Sequence record: ON529857.1
Length of the DNA: 64,000 nt
Strand: one strand, 5' to 3'
Program-made: the position numbers and the translations under genes
Shown: in pieces, positions 9,508 to 19,072 of the stretch
Position numbering within the stretch: position 1 is the first letter of the stretch
Layout: every line of letters begins with the position of its first letter
The notes under the pieces: generated by a model
Told to the model about the DNA's origin: nothing
What the model saw: the letters and a program-made list of their open reading frames with translations, nothing else
The model's database searches: none

Positions 9508-9989
9508 CATAGCCTGGCGTGAAGGTGATCCAGGGCGTCGTAGAGATCGGTATGCAGCGCGACGCCGATCCGGTCACACATGACCTCGACATTGCCTCGG
9601 CGCCAGAACTGAGGCGCGCAGCTGACCACCACCTGCTCGGGCCTTGTCGCCAGCATCCAGTAAAGTTCGCCCAAGGTGATGGGGCTCTTAGAATCCCCTT
9701 CGAAATGAATGAAGACCAGGTCCGACGCCTGGATCATGTCCATTTCCCAGTTGACCTGCTCACGGAACTCCATGTTGTCCAGGCGTTGCTCCCACGACGA
9801 ATCCCAATCCGGCCGGCGCGGGTTGTAGATCACGCTGGCGGCGCCCTCCAGTGACCGCCGGGCGATCGCCTGCCAATCCTGCGAAAGCCCCATGTCGATG
9901 GTGCCGGCCAGAAAGATGGAGGGACGTCGATCGTCTTCCGGACGCAACACCCGCTTTGGCGGCGTGACGTGCAGGGTCTTTCTTCGCAT
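9507..9989 (-). CDS. nucleoside 2-deoxyribosyltransferase-like protein
   Basis: SIFLAGTI...DWQ, IYNPRR.DWDSSW, QVNWE, SPITLGEL and FWRRGNVEV signature. Confidence 0.85.
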   Translation of the reverse strand: MRRKTLHVTPPKRVLRPEDDRRPSIFLAGTIDMGLSQDWQAIARRSLEGAASVIYNPRRPDWDSSWEQRLDNMEFREQVNWEMDMIQASDLVFIHFEGDSKSPITLGELYWMLATRPEQVVVSCAPQFWRRGNVEVMCDRIGVALHTDLYDALDHLHARL

Positions 9990-9996
9990 ATTGGGC

Positions 9997-10413
9997 TCAG
10001 GCCTTTTGTTGTTGCAGTTCGTCGCAGACGGTCAGGATGGTGCGGATAGCGTCCTGGGTCTCGACCGCTTCGGCGTTCGGCATGCCCTCCATTTCCAGGA
10101 GCGCCGCCAGTTCCGCGATCCGATCCAGGAGGATTTCGCGCATCTGCCTGGCGACCAGGGGCGTCAATCCCCGAGACTTGTTCAGATACCGCGTCACCTG
10201 GGACTTGGAGCAAAGGAGAAGTTTGGCGATGTCCGCCTGCCAATGCGTTCCGTTCAGAGCCTCACCGATCGTGCGGAAGTCTTCCGGGGTCAGAATTGCC
10301 GGCGTGGCGGGAACGGCAACTTCCGTAGAACGGCTATCGCTCTCTGCTCGCGCAGGCCCTCGGACGATGTTGGCGGGGGCAGCCTTGGCCCTGGCGGCGG
10401 CGGTCTTCGCCAT
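9997..10413 (-). CDS. putative HTH DNA-binding protein
   Basis: WQADIAKLLLCSKSQVTRYLNK helix-turn-helix pattern. Confidence 0.7.
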   Translation of the reverse strand: MAKTAAARAKAAPANIVRGPARAESDSRSTEVAVPATPAILTPEDFRTIGEALNGTHWQADIAKLLLCSKSQVTRYLNKSRGLTPLVARQMREILLDRIAELAALLEMEGMPNAEAVETQDAIRTILTVCDELQQQKA

Positions 10414-10432
10414 GTCATTGGACTTTCACTGA

Positions 10433-11023
10433 TTAGAGAAGCTGGGCGTGTTCAAACACGGAACGGGGTTCGTCCTGGGCGCGATTCTTCCAGGCGGCGC
10501 GCGTCCGGCCGACCTGGACAAAGGACCCGTCACCCAGGACTTCAGCCAGGGCGAGGATTTCGACGCCCTCGCTGGTCGGGTAGTAGTGCATGCGAATCGC
10601 GCGAAAGCCGACGTGTTGCTGCACCGACCGAACCGCACGAGATCGCACCAGGGCGCGCATGGCGGACGTCACGGAGGAAGCAGCGGTCGGGCCGACGTTC
10701 TCTTCCATCCAGGCGCGCATTTCCGCCTGGGTGACGCCGGGATCAGGTTCGCCTGTGATTCGCTTGGCGCTCCACAGTTGCCACAAGCCCTTGAAGAAGA
10801 CGGCGTGGGGCAGATACAGGCGCGCGGCGGGGCGTCCGACCTTGCGCAGGATCACGAAGTCCGTGCGGTGCGCCGTGCCCGCTTCGCTCATCGCCTTCAT
10901 ACGCCCGCCTGCCGGCTTTGCGGCGATCTCCTGAGGCGTTTTCGGCGTCGTGACGCGGCGGCTGGGGCGATCCTTGACGATCGCCGAAGCGCCGTCTTCA
11001 TCGGTCAGGAACGGGTCTACCAT
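10433..11023 (-). CDS. hypothetical protein, possible winged helix
   Basis: SSVTSAMRALVRSRAV...HYYPTSEGVEIL resembles a wHTH. Confidence 0.6.
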   Translation of the reverse strand: MVDPFLTDEDGASAIVKDRPSRRVTTPKTPQEIAAKPAGGRMKAMSEAGTAHRTDFVILRKVGRPAARLYLPHAVFFKGLWQLWSAKRITGEPDPGVTQAEMRAWMEENVGPTAASSVTSAMRALVRSRAVRSVQQHVGFRAIRMHYYPTSEGVEILALAEVLGDGSFVQVGRTRAAWKNRAQDEPRSVFEHAQLL

Positions 11024-11098
11024 GGTTCATCCAGTGTGCGCCGGGCACCCTAGTCGGGGGTGTTTCGTGTGTCAACGATCGAAGTCTGACGACACGCA

Positions 11099-11127
11099 TT
11101 GACGGCTTTTATGGTATGCCATAGTCC
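11099..11127 (+). promoter_or_regulatory. sigma70-type promoter
   Basis: TTGACG, 17-nt spacer, GCCATAGT -10-like element upstream of a small ORF. Confidence 0.5.
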
Positions 11128-11164
11128 AGCTTGGCTCGCAACAAACCAGAGGACACCCTGACAT

Positions 11165-11341
11165 ATGATTGATTGGGATACGCTGCTGAACGGCGCCCCC
11201 GAAACCGAGGCGGAACCTCCGCGTCTTCAACCGGGAAAAACCCTTGAGGCCCAGTATGGCCCTTTGATCAAGGCCGGCCTGGTGCGGGTCGTGCGTAAGA
11301 AGGGTCGGCCGCCCAAGGTGATCTTCCTCACCCCCAAATGA
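11165..11341 (+). CDS. small hypothetical protein (58 aa), absent from the ORF track
   Basis: AGAGGA RBS; MIDWDTLLNG...KKGRPPKVIFLTPK*; upstream promoter. Confidence 0.6.
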   Translation: MIDWDTLLNGAPETEAEPPRLQPGKTLEAQYGPLIKAGLVRVVRKKGRPPKVIFLTPK

Positions 11342-11372
11342 AAAAGTCCCCCGGAGCATGCTCCGGGGGACC
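11340..11372 (-). terminator. intrinsic terminator after the primase gene
   Basis: GTCCCCCGGAGCATGCTCCGGGGGAC hairpin followed by TTTTT on the minus strand. Confidence 0.8.
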
Positions 11373-11418
11373 TCCATCCAAGCGTCCCATCCGCCTGGAT
11401 TGTCCACGAACGACCCAA

Positions 11419-14400
11419 TCAGGCAGCGTCTTGGGTCGGCTCCGTGTGTTCGTCGTGCCGCGACAGGTTGTAAACCGGGTCGCCTTCGGCGTCCGAGCCC
11501 GAGCGGATCACATACTGGATGTTGTTGAACACGAAGACGCGGCCGTTCAGGGCATGCAGCTTCTTCGGGAAGCGCTGCTTCTTCTGGTCGTCGTTGTTGC
11601 CTTCGATGATGTCCATCTCCATCGCCATGGCGTGCTCGAACAGCTTCGAGGGCGAGACCTTCTCGAAGGTGAACTTGCGCAGCCATTCGCGGACGAACGC
11701 CTTGTTGGCGGATTCTTCCATGTCGGCGGCGGCCGGAGGACGGTTGTTCAGGAACCCTTCGACGCCCGCGCACATCAGCACGCCGCCGACCTTACGCGAC
11801 CAGTCCTCGAACGAGGCCCGACGACGCTCCTCGAACATCGGCATACCCGAATCGATCCAATACTGGATCAGGGTCAGGATGTGGCCGATGATGATGGCGC
11901 GGTTGTCGGTCACGAACCCGGCGAAGTTGTCGTGCTTGAACTTGCGTTTCTGGATGTCCGGCGTCAGGGCGTTCAGACGCACCCAGCAGATGCGCCGTTC
12001 CATTTCGGAGCGGACGTGCGGGTTGTTGCCGGTGGCGACCCAGTTGAACAGGTTCGGCCGGCTGACGTTACGCGACACCCCCAACATACGCCCGCCGATC
12101 TCCTGGGCGGTGATCGACTGGAGCAGGGAGCGGTTGTTGAAATCGACGACGTCGTCGAAGAACAGGTGCGAACGGGTTTCGATGATCGCCGCCAGCAGCG
12201 CCTTCTGCATCTCCTCCTCGTTCTGCGTGTAGCGCATCGGCGCGCTCTCGGCGCCGTCGAAGATCAGCATCGGCAGCTTGCCCAGCAGGGTGCCGCCGGT
12301 TCCCGGCGTCGGCTTGGCGACGAAGAAGACCGGGGTGCAGCCGTTGATCATGCGCCGCATGAAGGGCGTGATGATCATGGCGAGACAATTGGCCTCGCTG
12401 GGCGCCCGGCTTTCGACGTCGTTCAGGTCGTAGTCGAGGAAGGGGAAGTCGACCAGAACTTCATTGCGCAGGAAGTTGATGGCGTCTTCTACGTCCTGGG
12501 CGTTCGGCTGCACGGGGACGTCGACGCTGAACTTGGTATTCGCCATCAGCAGGTTGAGCTCCGGCTTGTAGCCCGGCGTCACCACCAGCGATCCATCGGC
12601 GGTGAACAGCGGCGTATAGATGATCTCCGGCGACTGAGGCAGTTCGGTATAGGCCTGCTCCAGCACGTATTTCGACACCGCTTCGGGCACCGGATCGCGC
12701 GTACCGTCTCCCTGGTCGGTGCGGCGCATGAAGGTCATGCGGCGGTTCAGCTCCGCCCACAGGCCATCCTTGTCCAGGGTGTCGAAGGAGATACGACCGG
12801 CCTGGTTGCGGGTCAGCCGCACCAGTTGATCCTGCACGCAACTGAACACCGGTTCTTGATCCCGCTCATTGGTCTTGAGCAGGGTCTTGAAGCAGGCGTC
12901 GAACGCTTCGTCGAAGTTGAAGTCATTCTCATAGGCGAACACGAAGCGACCCTTGGGGTCCTTGATGTCCGCCTTGATGTTGCTCTCCTTGGTCATCTCA
13001 CGCTGCTCAAGCTTGAGCATCTTCTTCAGATTCGGCTCGGTGACGCCGAGCTTCTTCTTCAGTTTGGCGTGGATCAGGGTGGCGGCGCGGGGGTTCAAAT
13101 TGGCGTTGATGACCGCCCGCATCGCCTCCGAGACCTGGGCGTCGCTGGAGGTCTCTTCCAGGGCGTCGACCAGATGCTCATAATCCGCGCGGGCGTCTTC
13201 TTCCTGGATGATCTTGGCCGCTTCTGGCGACGCCGGTTCGGCGCCCTCTTCCAGCAGGGCGTTATAAGCCTCGTCGTGGATCAGCTCTTCGTCGAACCAG
13301 CCGTCCTCGATCATCTTGCCGAGGAAGTCCAGGTTGGTGCGTTCCGCGCACGAATCGTGCTGGCACTTCAGGGTGAAGATGTCGCTGGGGCCGTCACCGG
13401 CGTTGACCGCGAAGCATGCACGGTCTTCCGGATCACCCGCATTGGAGTGTTCGTCATCGAACGGGCATTCGATGTCGATCTTGTTCGCTCCGTTGGTGCG
13501 GATGCGGTCCTCGGCGTGATCGCGAATCAGGTCGACGATCTGGAAACCACCGGCGCACTTGATCGACCACTTGCCCAGCTTGCGGCCCTTCTCGGTCGTC
13601 GATTTGGACTTGGTCTTCGCCTTGTCCTCGCCTTCCGAGACGTCGTTCAGCAATTGGGCTTCATAGGAGCCGGGGTCCAGGGCCTCGCCCTCTCCGTTCA
13701 GCTCCAGATCGCGCCAGTTCAGCAGCGGCCCGCCGACGAAGCTCGTATCGAACGGCAGTCCGGCGGGGTGGCGGGGGAAGTAGAACAGGCGCGACGGGTC
13801 GACCGCCGACTTATCCATCACCAGGCCCAGCGAACGGGCCAAGGCGCGGCAGAGGTCGCCCCACTTGCGCATGCCTTCTTCATGCGTCCGCGCATCAAAA
13901 GCCGGCGCGAAGGGCTCCGCCAGCGGCAGAACGATGCGGTGCTTGGGGAAGGGGTCGTGACTGAAGAAGGCCATCAAGCCTTCGGGCAGCTGTTCATCGC
14001 CGATGTATTCGACCGACGCGATCAGGGCCTCGTCCCAGTGCTCCTCTTCACGCAGGAAGCGCGCCAGGTCCTCCGGATCGGAGACGTCCGCATTGTTCTT
14101 GTCGGCCCATTTGACCAGGCGGTTCTTGGGGAATCGGCTCTTGGTCTTGCCGTTGCTGTGAGTGGTGTAGCGCACCGCCAGGCAGCCCAGCTCCTTCAGC
14201 GCCGCGTCGATGACCGCTCCGGTCACGCCGACGTCGATGTCCAGGCCGATGCCGTAGCACTTCGACACAGCGGTCTTCTTGCGCTGGTCGCCCAGGATTT
14301 CGGCCAGAACGAAAGCGAAGCCGTCCTTGTGCGGACTGACGTGGTGTTCGCTGAGCAGCCCCAGGAAGTTGGCGACCGTCATGGTCTTGGGCGCCCACTT

Positions 14401-15027
14401 CTTGGAATCCACCCCGGCGCCGATGGAGATCACCATCTCCTGGGCGTAGGCAGGGTCTTCCAGGTCCAGCGGCGTGAGCAGCCGCGCGTCCTTGATCTGC
14501 CCGTAGTCTTCGGATTCCCACGGCGCGGCGGCGTCCGCCGTGACCGGCTGAATCGCTTCAGGCAGCTCCGCCGGCGCATAGAGTTCGTCGATCTCCTGAA
14601 CGGTGGTGAAGACGTCAGGATCGCAGTAGAGCATGTCCCAACCGTTGGCGCCGGGCGTCGGGATAGGATCGTTCAGGTCGACGCCCATGTCCGCCGCCAG
14701 CGCGTCCAGATTCTCGCTGTGCGCGGCCGGTTCTTGCAGGGCGTAGACCAGAATCATCGTCCCATCCTTGAACAGGACGGCGGTCGGCTTCAGGCGTTCG
14801 TCTTGCCACTGGTCCTCGACCGCATTATCCATGACGGTGTAGAGGAAGGGGGCCTCGCCGCTCAGCGTGAGCGGGGCCAGGTAGATCGGTTCTTCAGCGG
14901 CGTCTTCGACCGCACGGGAAAGGTCTTCAGGCCCGTCCAGATCGACGGTTCTGTCACCGTAAACAAGGCGAATAGGGTCTTGGGAGCCGGCGAACAGGGC
15001 CGACAGGAAATCGTTCAGGGCTGCCAT
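11419..15027 (-). CDS. large primase-polymerase / helicase-like replication protein (about 1200 aa)
   Basis: AEP-like motifs (GIGLDID, YTTHS, KHRIVLPL, DPSRLFY), Zn-binding CPFDDEH..C..CQHDSC, C-terminal P-loop-like region PTPGTGGTLL and LFFDDV. Confidence 0.75.
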   Translation of the reverse strand: MAALNDFLSALFAGSQDPIRLVYGDRTVDLDGPEDLSRAVEDAAEEPIYLAPLTLSGEAPFLYTVMDNAVEDQWQDERLKPTAVLFKDGTMILVYALQEPAAHSENLDALAADMGVDLNDPIPTPGANGWDMLYCDPDVFTTVQEIDELYAPAELPEAIQPVTADAAAPWESEDYGQIKDARLLTPLDLEDPAYAQEMVISIGAGVDSKKWAPKTMTVANFLGLLSEHHVSPHKDGFAFVLAEILGDQRKKTAVSKCYGIGLDIDVGVTGAVIDAALKELGCLAVRYTTHSNGKTKSRFPKNRLVKWADKNNADVSDPEDLARFLREEEHWDEALIASVEYIGDEQLPEGLMAFFSHDPFPKHRIVLPLAEPFAPAFDARTHEEGMRKWGDLCRALARSLGLVMDKSAVDPSRLFYFPRHPAGLPFDTSFVGGPLLNWRDLELNGEGEALDPGSYEAQLLNDVSEGEDKAKTKSKSTTEKGRKLGKWSIKCAGGFQIVDLIRDHAEDRIRTNGANKIDIECPFDDEHSNAGDPEDRACFAVNAGDGPSDIFTLKCQHDSCAERTNLDFLGKMIEDGWFDEELIHDEAYNALLEEGAEPASPEAAKIIQEEDARADYEHLVDALEETSSDAQVSEAMRAVINANLNPRAATLIHAKLKKKLGVTEPNLKKMLKLEQREMTKESNIKADIKDPKGRFVFAYENDFNFDEAFDACFKTLLKTNERDQEPVFSCVQDQLVRLTRNQAGRISFDTLDKDGLWAELNRRMTFMRRTDQGDGTRDPVPEAVSKYVLEQAYTELPQSPEIIYTPLFTADGSLVVTPGYKPELNLLMANTKFSVDVPVQPNAQDVEDAINFLRNEVLVDFPFLDYDLNDVESRAPSEANCLAMIITPFMRRMINGCTPVFFVAKPTPGTGGTLLGKLPMLIFDGAESAPMRYTQNEEEMQKALLAAIIETRSHLFFDDVVDFNNRSLLQSITAQEIGGRMLGVSRNVSRPNLFNWVATGNNPHVRSEMERRICWVRLNALTPDIQKRKFKHDNFAGFVTDNRAIIIGHILTLIQYWIDSGMPMFEERRRASFEDWSRKVGGVLMCAGVEGFLNNRPPAAADMEESANKAFVREWLRKFTFEKVSPSKLFEHAMAMEMDIIEGNNDDQKKQRFPKKLHALNGRVFVFNNIQYVIRSGSDAEGDPVYNLSRHDEHTEPTQDAA

Positions 15028-15136
15028 ACACGGATCGGGGTAAAGGGGACGAACAAGGGTGGGGCCTCGTGTGTGAGGCCGCACCCTCGTCCATATTCAT
15101 CCCTTTGTCAAGTTTTCCAACGGTGTATGTCAGGAT

Positions 15137-15817
15137 TTACGCCCAGGCTTCGACCAGGCTCCGCTGCGCCTTGCTCGGCTCGATATAGGCGGCGGTGGTT
15201 TCCAGGCTCTTGTGCCCCGCCATCATCTGCACGTCACGCAAGGAACAGCCGTGATTGTTGGCGACCTGGGCGCGCGAAGTGATGAAGGTGCGGCGCCCGC
15301 TGTGCGAGGTCGCCCCGTTCATTCCAGCCGTGGCGTAGAGGCGGCGGAAGAACTGCACCACCGCATTGGCCGAGACCGAGCCTTCGACGTAGTTTTCGTC
15401 GACGGTGCGAATGACCTGATCCGTGTCGGCCGATTGCAGGACCGCGCCGGATTCAGCCTTGACCGGCACGGTACGGCGCTGGTTGTTGTGCAGGGCGTAG
15501 AAGACGTATTCGGCTTCGGGGCGCGCCCGGCGCAGACGACGCAGCAGTTTGACGGTTTCGCCGTCCAGCGGAACGACCCGTTCCACCGCGCGCTTGCCGA
15601 CGTCGCTGGTGATGTGGACTTCGCCGCGCACGGCGCCCGAGGCGTCCAGGATGTTGTTGGCCCAGCGCAGCCCGGCGATTTCTTTCGCGCGTAGACCGGC
15701 GTAGAACGACAGGCGCAGCGCCACTTCATCACGCAGGGCGTGTTCGTTGCGTCGCACGACGTCGACGACCTTCTTGTATTGGGCCGGGGTCAAGGTTTTT
15801 GCGCGTTTGACAGCCAT
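15137..15817 (-). CDS. tyrosine recombinase (catalytic domain only)
   Basis: YAGLRAKEI, HSGRRTF, GHKSLETTAAY catalytic residues. Confidence 0.9.
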   Translation of the reverse strand: MAVKRAKTLTPAQYKKVVDVVRRNEHALRDEVALRLSFYAGLRAKEIAGLRWANNILDASGAVRGEVHITSDVGKRAVERVVPLDGETVKLLRRLRRARPEAEYVFYALHNNQRRTVPVKAESGAVLQSADTDQVIRTVDENYVEGSVSANAVVQFFRRLYATAGMNGATSHSGRRTFITSRAQVANNHGCSLRDVQMMAGHKSLETTAAYIEPSKAQRSLVEAWA

Positions 15818-15894
15818 TGGTGTCCTCCATGTCTAATCGTCATGGAGTCACATAAAGCGGTTTTAGGTGACTGTCAACACTCTCGCGCCAAAAC

Positions 15895-16281
15895 TCACCC
15901 GGTGTAGACGACGCCTTCACCAGGCCCGTCGATCGTCACGGTCGCGGCCGCTTCCACGCCGGTTACACCATCACGGAACTTTCGACGATGTTCCGCCTTG
16001 GCGCTTTTCAGCGCGCGCGGCAGTTTGGCGATCGCCTCGCCCGAGAAGGTCTTGTCGAAATGGGCGGTGAAATGGGCGATGGCGGCTTCCAGCCGCATGT
16101 CCGTCTTAACCTGGAAGATCGGCACGTCTTCATGGACGAACTGGGTCCATTTGATTCGCCGCTGCCCCTGAATGTCGTATCCTGGCCGGATGACGTGGAA
16201 CATCTCTCCGCCCATGATGAAACCGCCGACCTTATGGGCCTTGATGGCCCCGTCGTAAAGTGGGATGGTCTTGGCGCTCAT
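15895..16281 (-). CDS. hypothetical protein
   Basis: 128 aa; overlaps the upstream gene's stop. Confidence 0.65.
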   Translation of the reverse strand: MSAKTIPLYDGAIKAHKVGGFIMGGEMFHVIRPGYDIQGQRRIKWTQFVHEDVPIFQVKTDMRLEAAIAHFTAHFDKTFSGEAIAKLPRALKSAKAEHRRKFRDGVTGVEAAATVTIDGPGEGVVYTG

Positions 16282-16724
16282 TGCAGGGTCCGCGAATCAG
16301 GCACCACCGTGCCGTTCTCCCGCAGGTGCAGTTTCCGGTGGAAGGCCTGCGCCCAATGCTCCGCCTCGGCGTGTTGGCGCCAGGCGTCGCCTTGTCGCAG
16401 GGCCGGCTCCTCACGGAACAGGCTGACGAAGAATCGACGGCGCAATTCGCACAGGTAGAGGCCTGCGTAGAGCTTGGAGGCGTCGTCGCTGACCATCCAG
16501 TCTTCAACCGTAAAAGGCATGTCCAGATGGATCAGCTCCGGATCGAGACCCAGAGCGACGCCGATGAAGCGCACCTTGCCGGCGTTGCTGATCCCCGTCG
16601 TGAAGGCTTCGTCGGCGTTTTCATCCTGGATCAGCTTGGCGTGGAGATCGCCATAGCGATGGGCGAAACTGAGCGGCATGGCGGGGCCTTGCGGTTTCGT
16701 TTTTCGCGGTTCAGACACAGTCAC
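16278..16724 (-). CDS. hypothetical protein
   Basis: GAGGTG RBS; 148 aa. Confidence 0.65.
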   Translation of the reverse strand: MTVSEPRKTKPQGPAMPLSFAHRYGDLHAKLIQDENADEAFTTGISNAGKVRFIGVALGLDPELIHLDMPFTVEDWMVSDDASKLYAGLYLCELRRRFFVSLFREEPALRQGDAWRQHAEAEHWAQAFHRKLHLRENGTVVPDSRTLQ

Positions 16725-16769
16725 CTCAAATCAGTCAGAAGCCTGCGACGCACGCGACTTCTTTCTGAC

Positions 16770-16870
16770 AGAGTGTGGCGATGGACGCCGGATACGTCAA
16801 GAAATCCGTTGGTGAATGTGGCGATGCCTGACGTTCACCGTTGACAGACCGACGCGAGAAAGCGTATCGC
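16770..16870. promoter_or_regulatory. divergent sigma70-type promoter pair
   Basis: Plus strand TTGACA-17-GTATCG toward rIIA; minus strand TTGACG-17-CACACT. Confidence 0.5.
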
Positions 16871-16914
16871 TGACGCTCACTGACACCTGTTCGCCTTACA
16901 TCCCGGAGTAGGCC

Positions 16915-19065
16915 TTGCTCTTCCCCAATTCGACCGCGCAGCTTATCGCCGACGGCGTCCTCGAAGTTCATCGGTCTTCGACCAAGACGTCCCGCAAGAC
17001 CCTGCGGATGCAGATCGACGAAATTTACTCCAACAAAATCGAATCGATCGTGCGGGAAATCACGGCGAATGCGTTCGATTCCCATCTGCGCGCCAAACAG
17101 CTTTCCCGCGCCTTCTTCGTACATGCGCCGACGGCGACCCGTCCGGAATTCTATGTGCGCGATTACGGCGTCGGCATGACCCATCAGGTCATGACCCAGG
17201 GATATATCGTCATCGGCCACTCCGATAAGGATCAGTCGAACGACGAGGTGGGAATGTGGGGCCTGGGGTCCAAGGTGCCGTTCGCCTACAGCGACCACTA
17301 TACCATCGCCTGTTACGACGGTGAGCGCGTCCGCCATTACGGTTATGCGATCGCCGAAGACGGCGTGCCCGACCTGATGTTGATGAGCGACGAACCCTGC
17401 GACGAGCCGGCTGGAGTGCGAATCGGCCTGGCGGTGGAGACCAAGGATTTCGAAGCCTTCGCCAAGGCGGTGCGCCGGATTCACATGGCGCACAAGGGCG
17501 GTTTCGAGACCAATGTGCAGGACCTGAACGGCGGCAAGGCGATCTTCAACGGCGCGGACTGGACGGCCTATTCCGACCTGGGCGATATGATGTCGGGGTG
17601 GCAGACGCCGCGTGTGTTCGCTCGCCAGGGCTGCGTTCTCTACCCGGTTCAGCACGACAAGATCACCTTGATGTCGTCCTCGACCCGTGAGCATCGCTTC
17701 ATTCTGGATTGCCCCATCGGATCGATCCGCATGACGCCGTCGCGGGAAGCGATCCAATATGACGACGCGGTGGTGAGCTACCTCAACGACCGGCTTCAGC
17801 GCGTGCATGACGAGACGGCGGACGCCGTCTGGGAGAAGATCAAGGACATCCCCACGGCGCCGGCCTTCTTCGCCGCCTTGGCGACCATCAAGCCGGATTA
17901 CGTGAAGCGGGACTATGAACATCCCGCGAGCGGGCTGTCCAGCGCGGCTCTGACGGTCGACGGTCATCAGTCCATCATGGATGTGACCTACAACCCCAAC
18001 TCCGATCAGTGGACGTTCAAGCACCTCCGAACGAAGGCGTTGGCGCAGTTCAGTAAGGCGCAAGTGATCCTGCTCAACGACATCAGTCCCCTGCTCGATC
18101 CCTCGCGTAACGAGAACACGCAAGGAGACGACGGAAGCTGGATGACGCGCAGCGAAGATCGACGTCTTGCCCGTTTCCTGCGCGCCTACCTGACCCGAGA
18201 GGTCAAGGAAGAACGGGTGACGTCCATGTTCACCGGTGAAAAACCCTTCATCGTTCTGTTGAACATGGCCTATACGCCGGAACAACAGAAAGCCATCTTT
18301 GGCGACGCCCTGGTCTCGGCGGTGACGTTTGACGACTTGCGCGAGGCCCTGCCCAAGCGTGCTCTGCCCCCGCAAACGTCGAGTCTTCCGCCGATCAAGG
18401 GACTGGCGTTGGCGAAGGCGGCGGGGGAACAGCGCCCTGTCTTCACGCTGGAGCCGGCGCAGGCTGGGCAAGCCTGGATCAAGGGTGAAGTCTATCGCCA
18501 CCACGCCAGCGCGCTTTTTAAGGTCGCCCGGACGTTCGACATCACCCATCTCTACATTGTCGGGGGTGATGAGGTCGAACAGAAAATGATCGCACATGGC
18601 GTGCCGCCGCTGGCGGATGCTGTGCATGACTTCTTCGCCAAACAGGGTTTGACGATCGGCGACTGGCACGGTTTGCGCGATATGTCGCACTCGCTGAAAA
18701 ACTATCGCACCTGGCTGCGCGAAGCCCACAAGGCGGCCCCGGCGGCGGTGAAGTCCTTGATGAAGCGCGAGGGGCTTGTGAGCGACATCACCGGCGGGCT
18801 GATGCGGTCCTTGCATGTTGAACTGCCGTCCATGACGCCGGAACAGGAAAAGGCGACCAATGCGCTTCTGGGCGTGTCGAAAGCGTCTTCGGAAGACCTG
18901 CGACTGGCGGAGGCCGCCTGGAGCAAGGCCACGCAGGACTACTACCACCCAAGCGGCGCCTTCCTGAAAGCGCTTCAGGCCGGGCACGGTAAGGAGCATC
19001 ACGCCGCCACCTTGTCCTTGCTGGGCACCTTGCAATCCAAACTCCCCTTTGACGTCAAGTTCTGA
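16915..19065 (+). CDS. rIIA: rIIA-like protein (GHKL ATPase domain)
   Basis: IYSNKIESIVREITANAFDSH, VRDYGVGM, GMWGLGSKVPFAY; followed by rIIB. Confidence 0.88.
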   Translation: MLFPNSTAQLIADGVLEVHRSSTKTSRKTLRMQIDEIYSNKIESIVREITANAFDSHLRAKQLSRAFFVHAPTATRPEFYVRDYGVGMTHQVMTQGYIVIGHSDKDQSNDEVGMWGLGSKVPFAYSDHYTIACYDGERVRHYGYAIAEDGVPDLMLMSDEPCDEPAGVRIGLAVETKDFEAFAKAVRRIHMAHKGGFETNVQDLNGGKAIFNGADWTAYSDLGDMMSGWQTPRVFARQGCVLYPVQHDKITLMSSSTREHRFILDCPIGSIRMTPSREAIQYDDAVVSYLNDRLQRVHDETADAVWEKIKDIPTAPAFFAALATIKPDYVKRDYEHPASGLSSAALTVDGHQSIMDVTYNPNSDQWTFKHLRTKALAQFSKAQVILLNDISPLLDPSRNENTQGDDGSWMTRSEDRRLARFLRAYLTREVKEERVTSMFTGEKPFIVLLNMAYTPEQQKAIFGDALVSAVTFDDLREALPKRALPPQTSSLPPIKGLALAKAAGEQRPVFTLEPAQAGQAWIKGEVYRHHASALFKVARTFDITHLYIVGGDEVEQKMIAHGVPPLADAVHDFFAKQGLTIGDWHGLRDMSHSLKNYRTWLREAHKAAPAAVKSLMKREGLVSDITGGLMRSLHVELPSMTPEQEKATNALLGVSKASSEDLRLAEAAWSKATQDYYHPSGAFLKALQAGHGKEHHAATLSLLGTLQSKLPFDVKF

Positions 19066-19072
19066 GATCGAC

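Noticed and set aside
11338-15282. 1314-aa plus-strand ORF and other long antisense ORFs (e.g. 1504-3099, 7403-8671, 16735-19323, 39642-41810, 50215-52728)
   Set aside because: These are shadow frames opposite well-supported genes, expected with high-GC codon bias, and show no recognisable motifs
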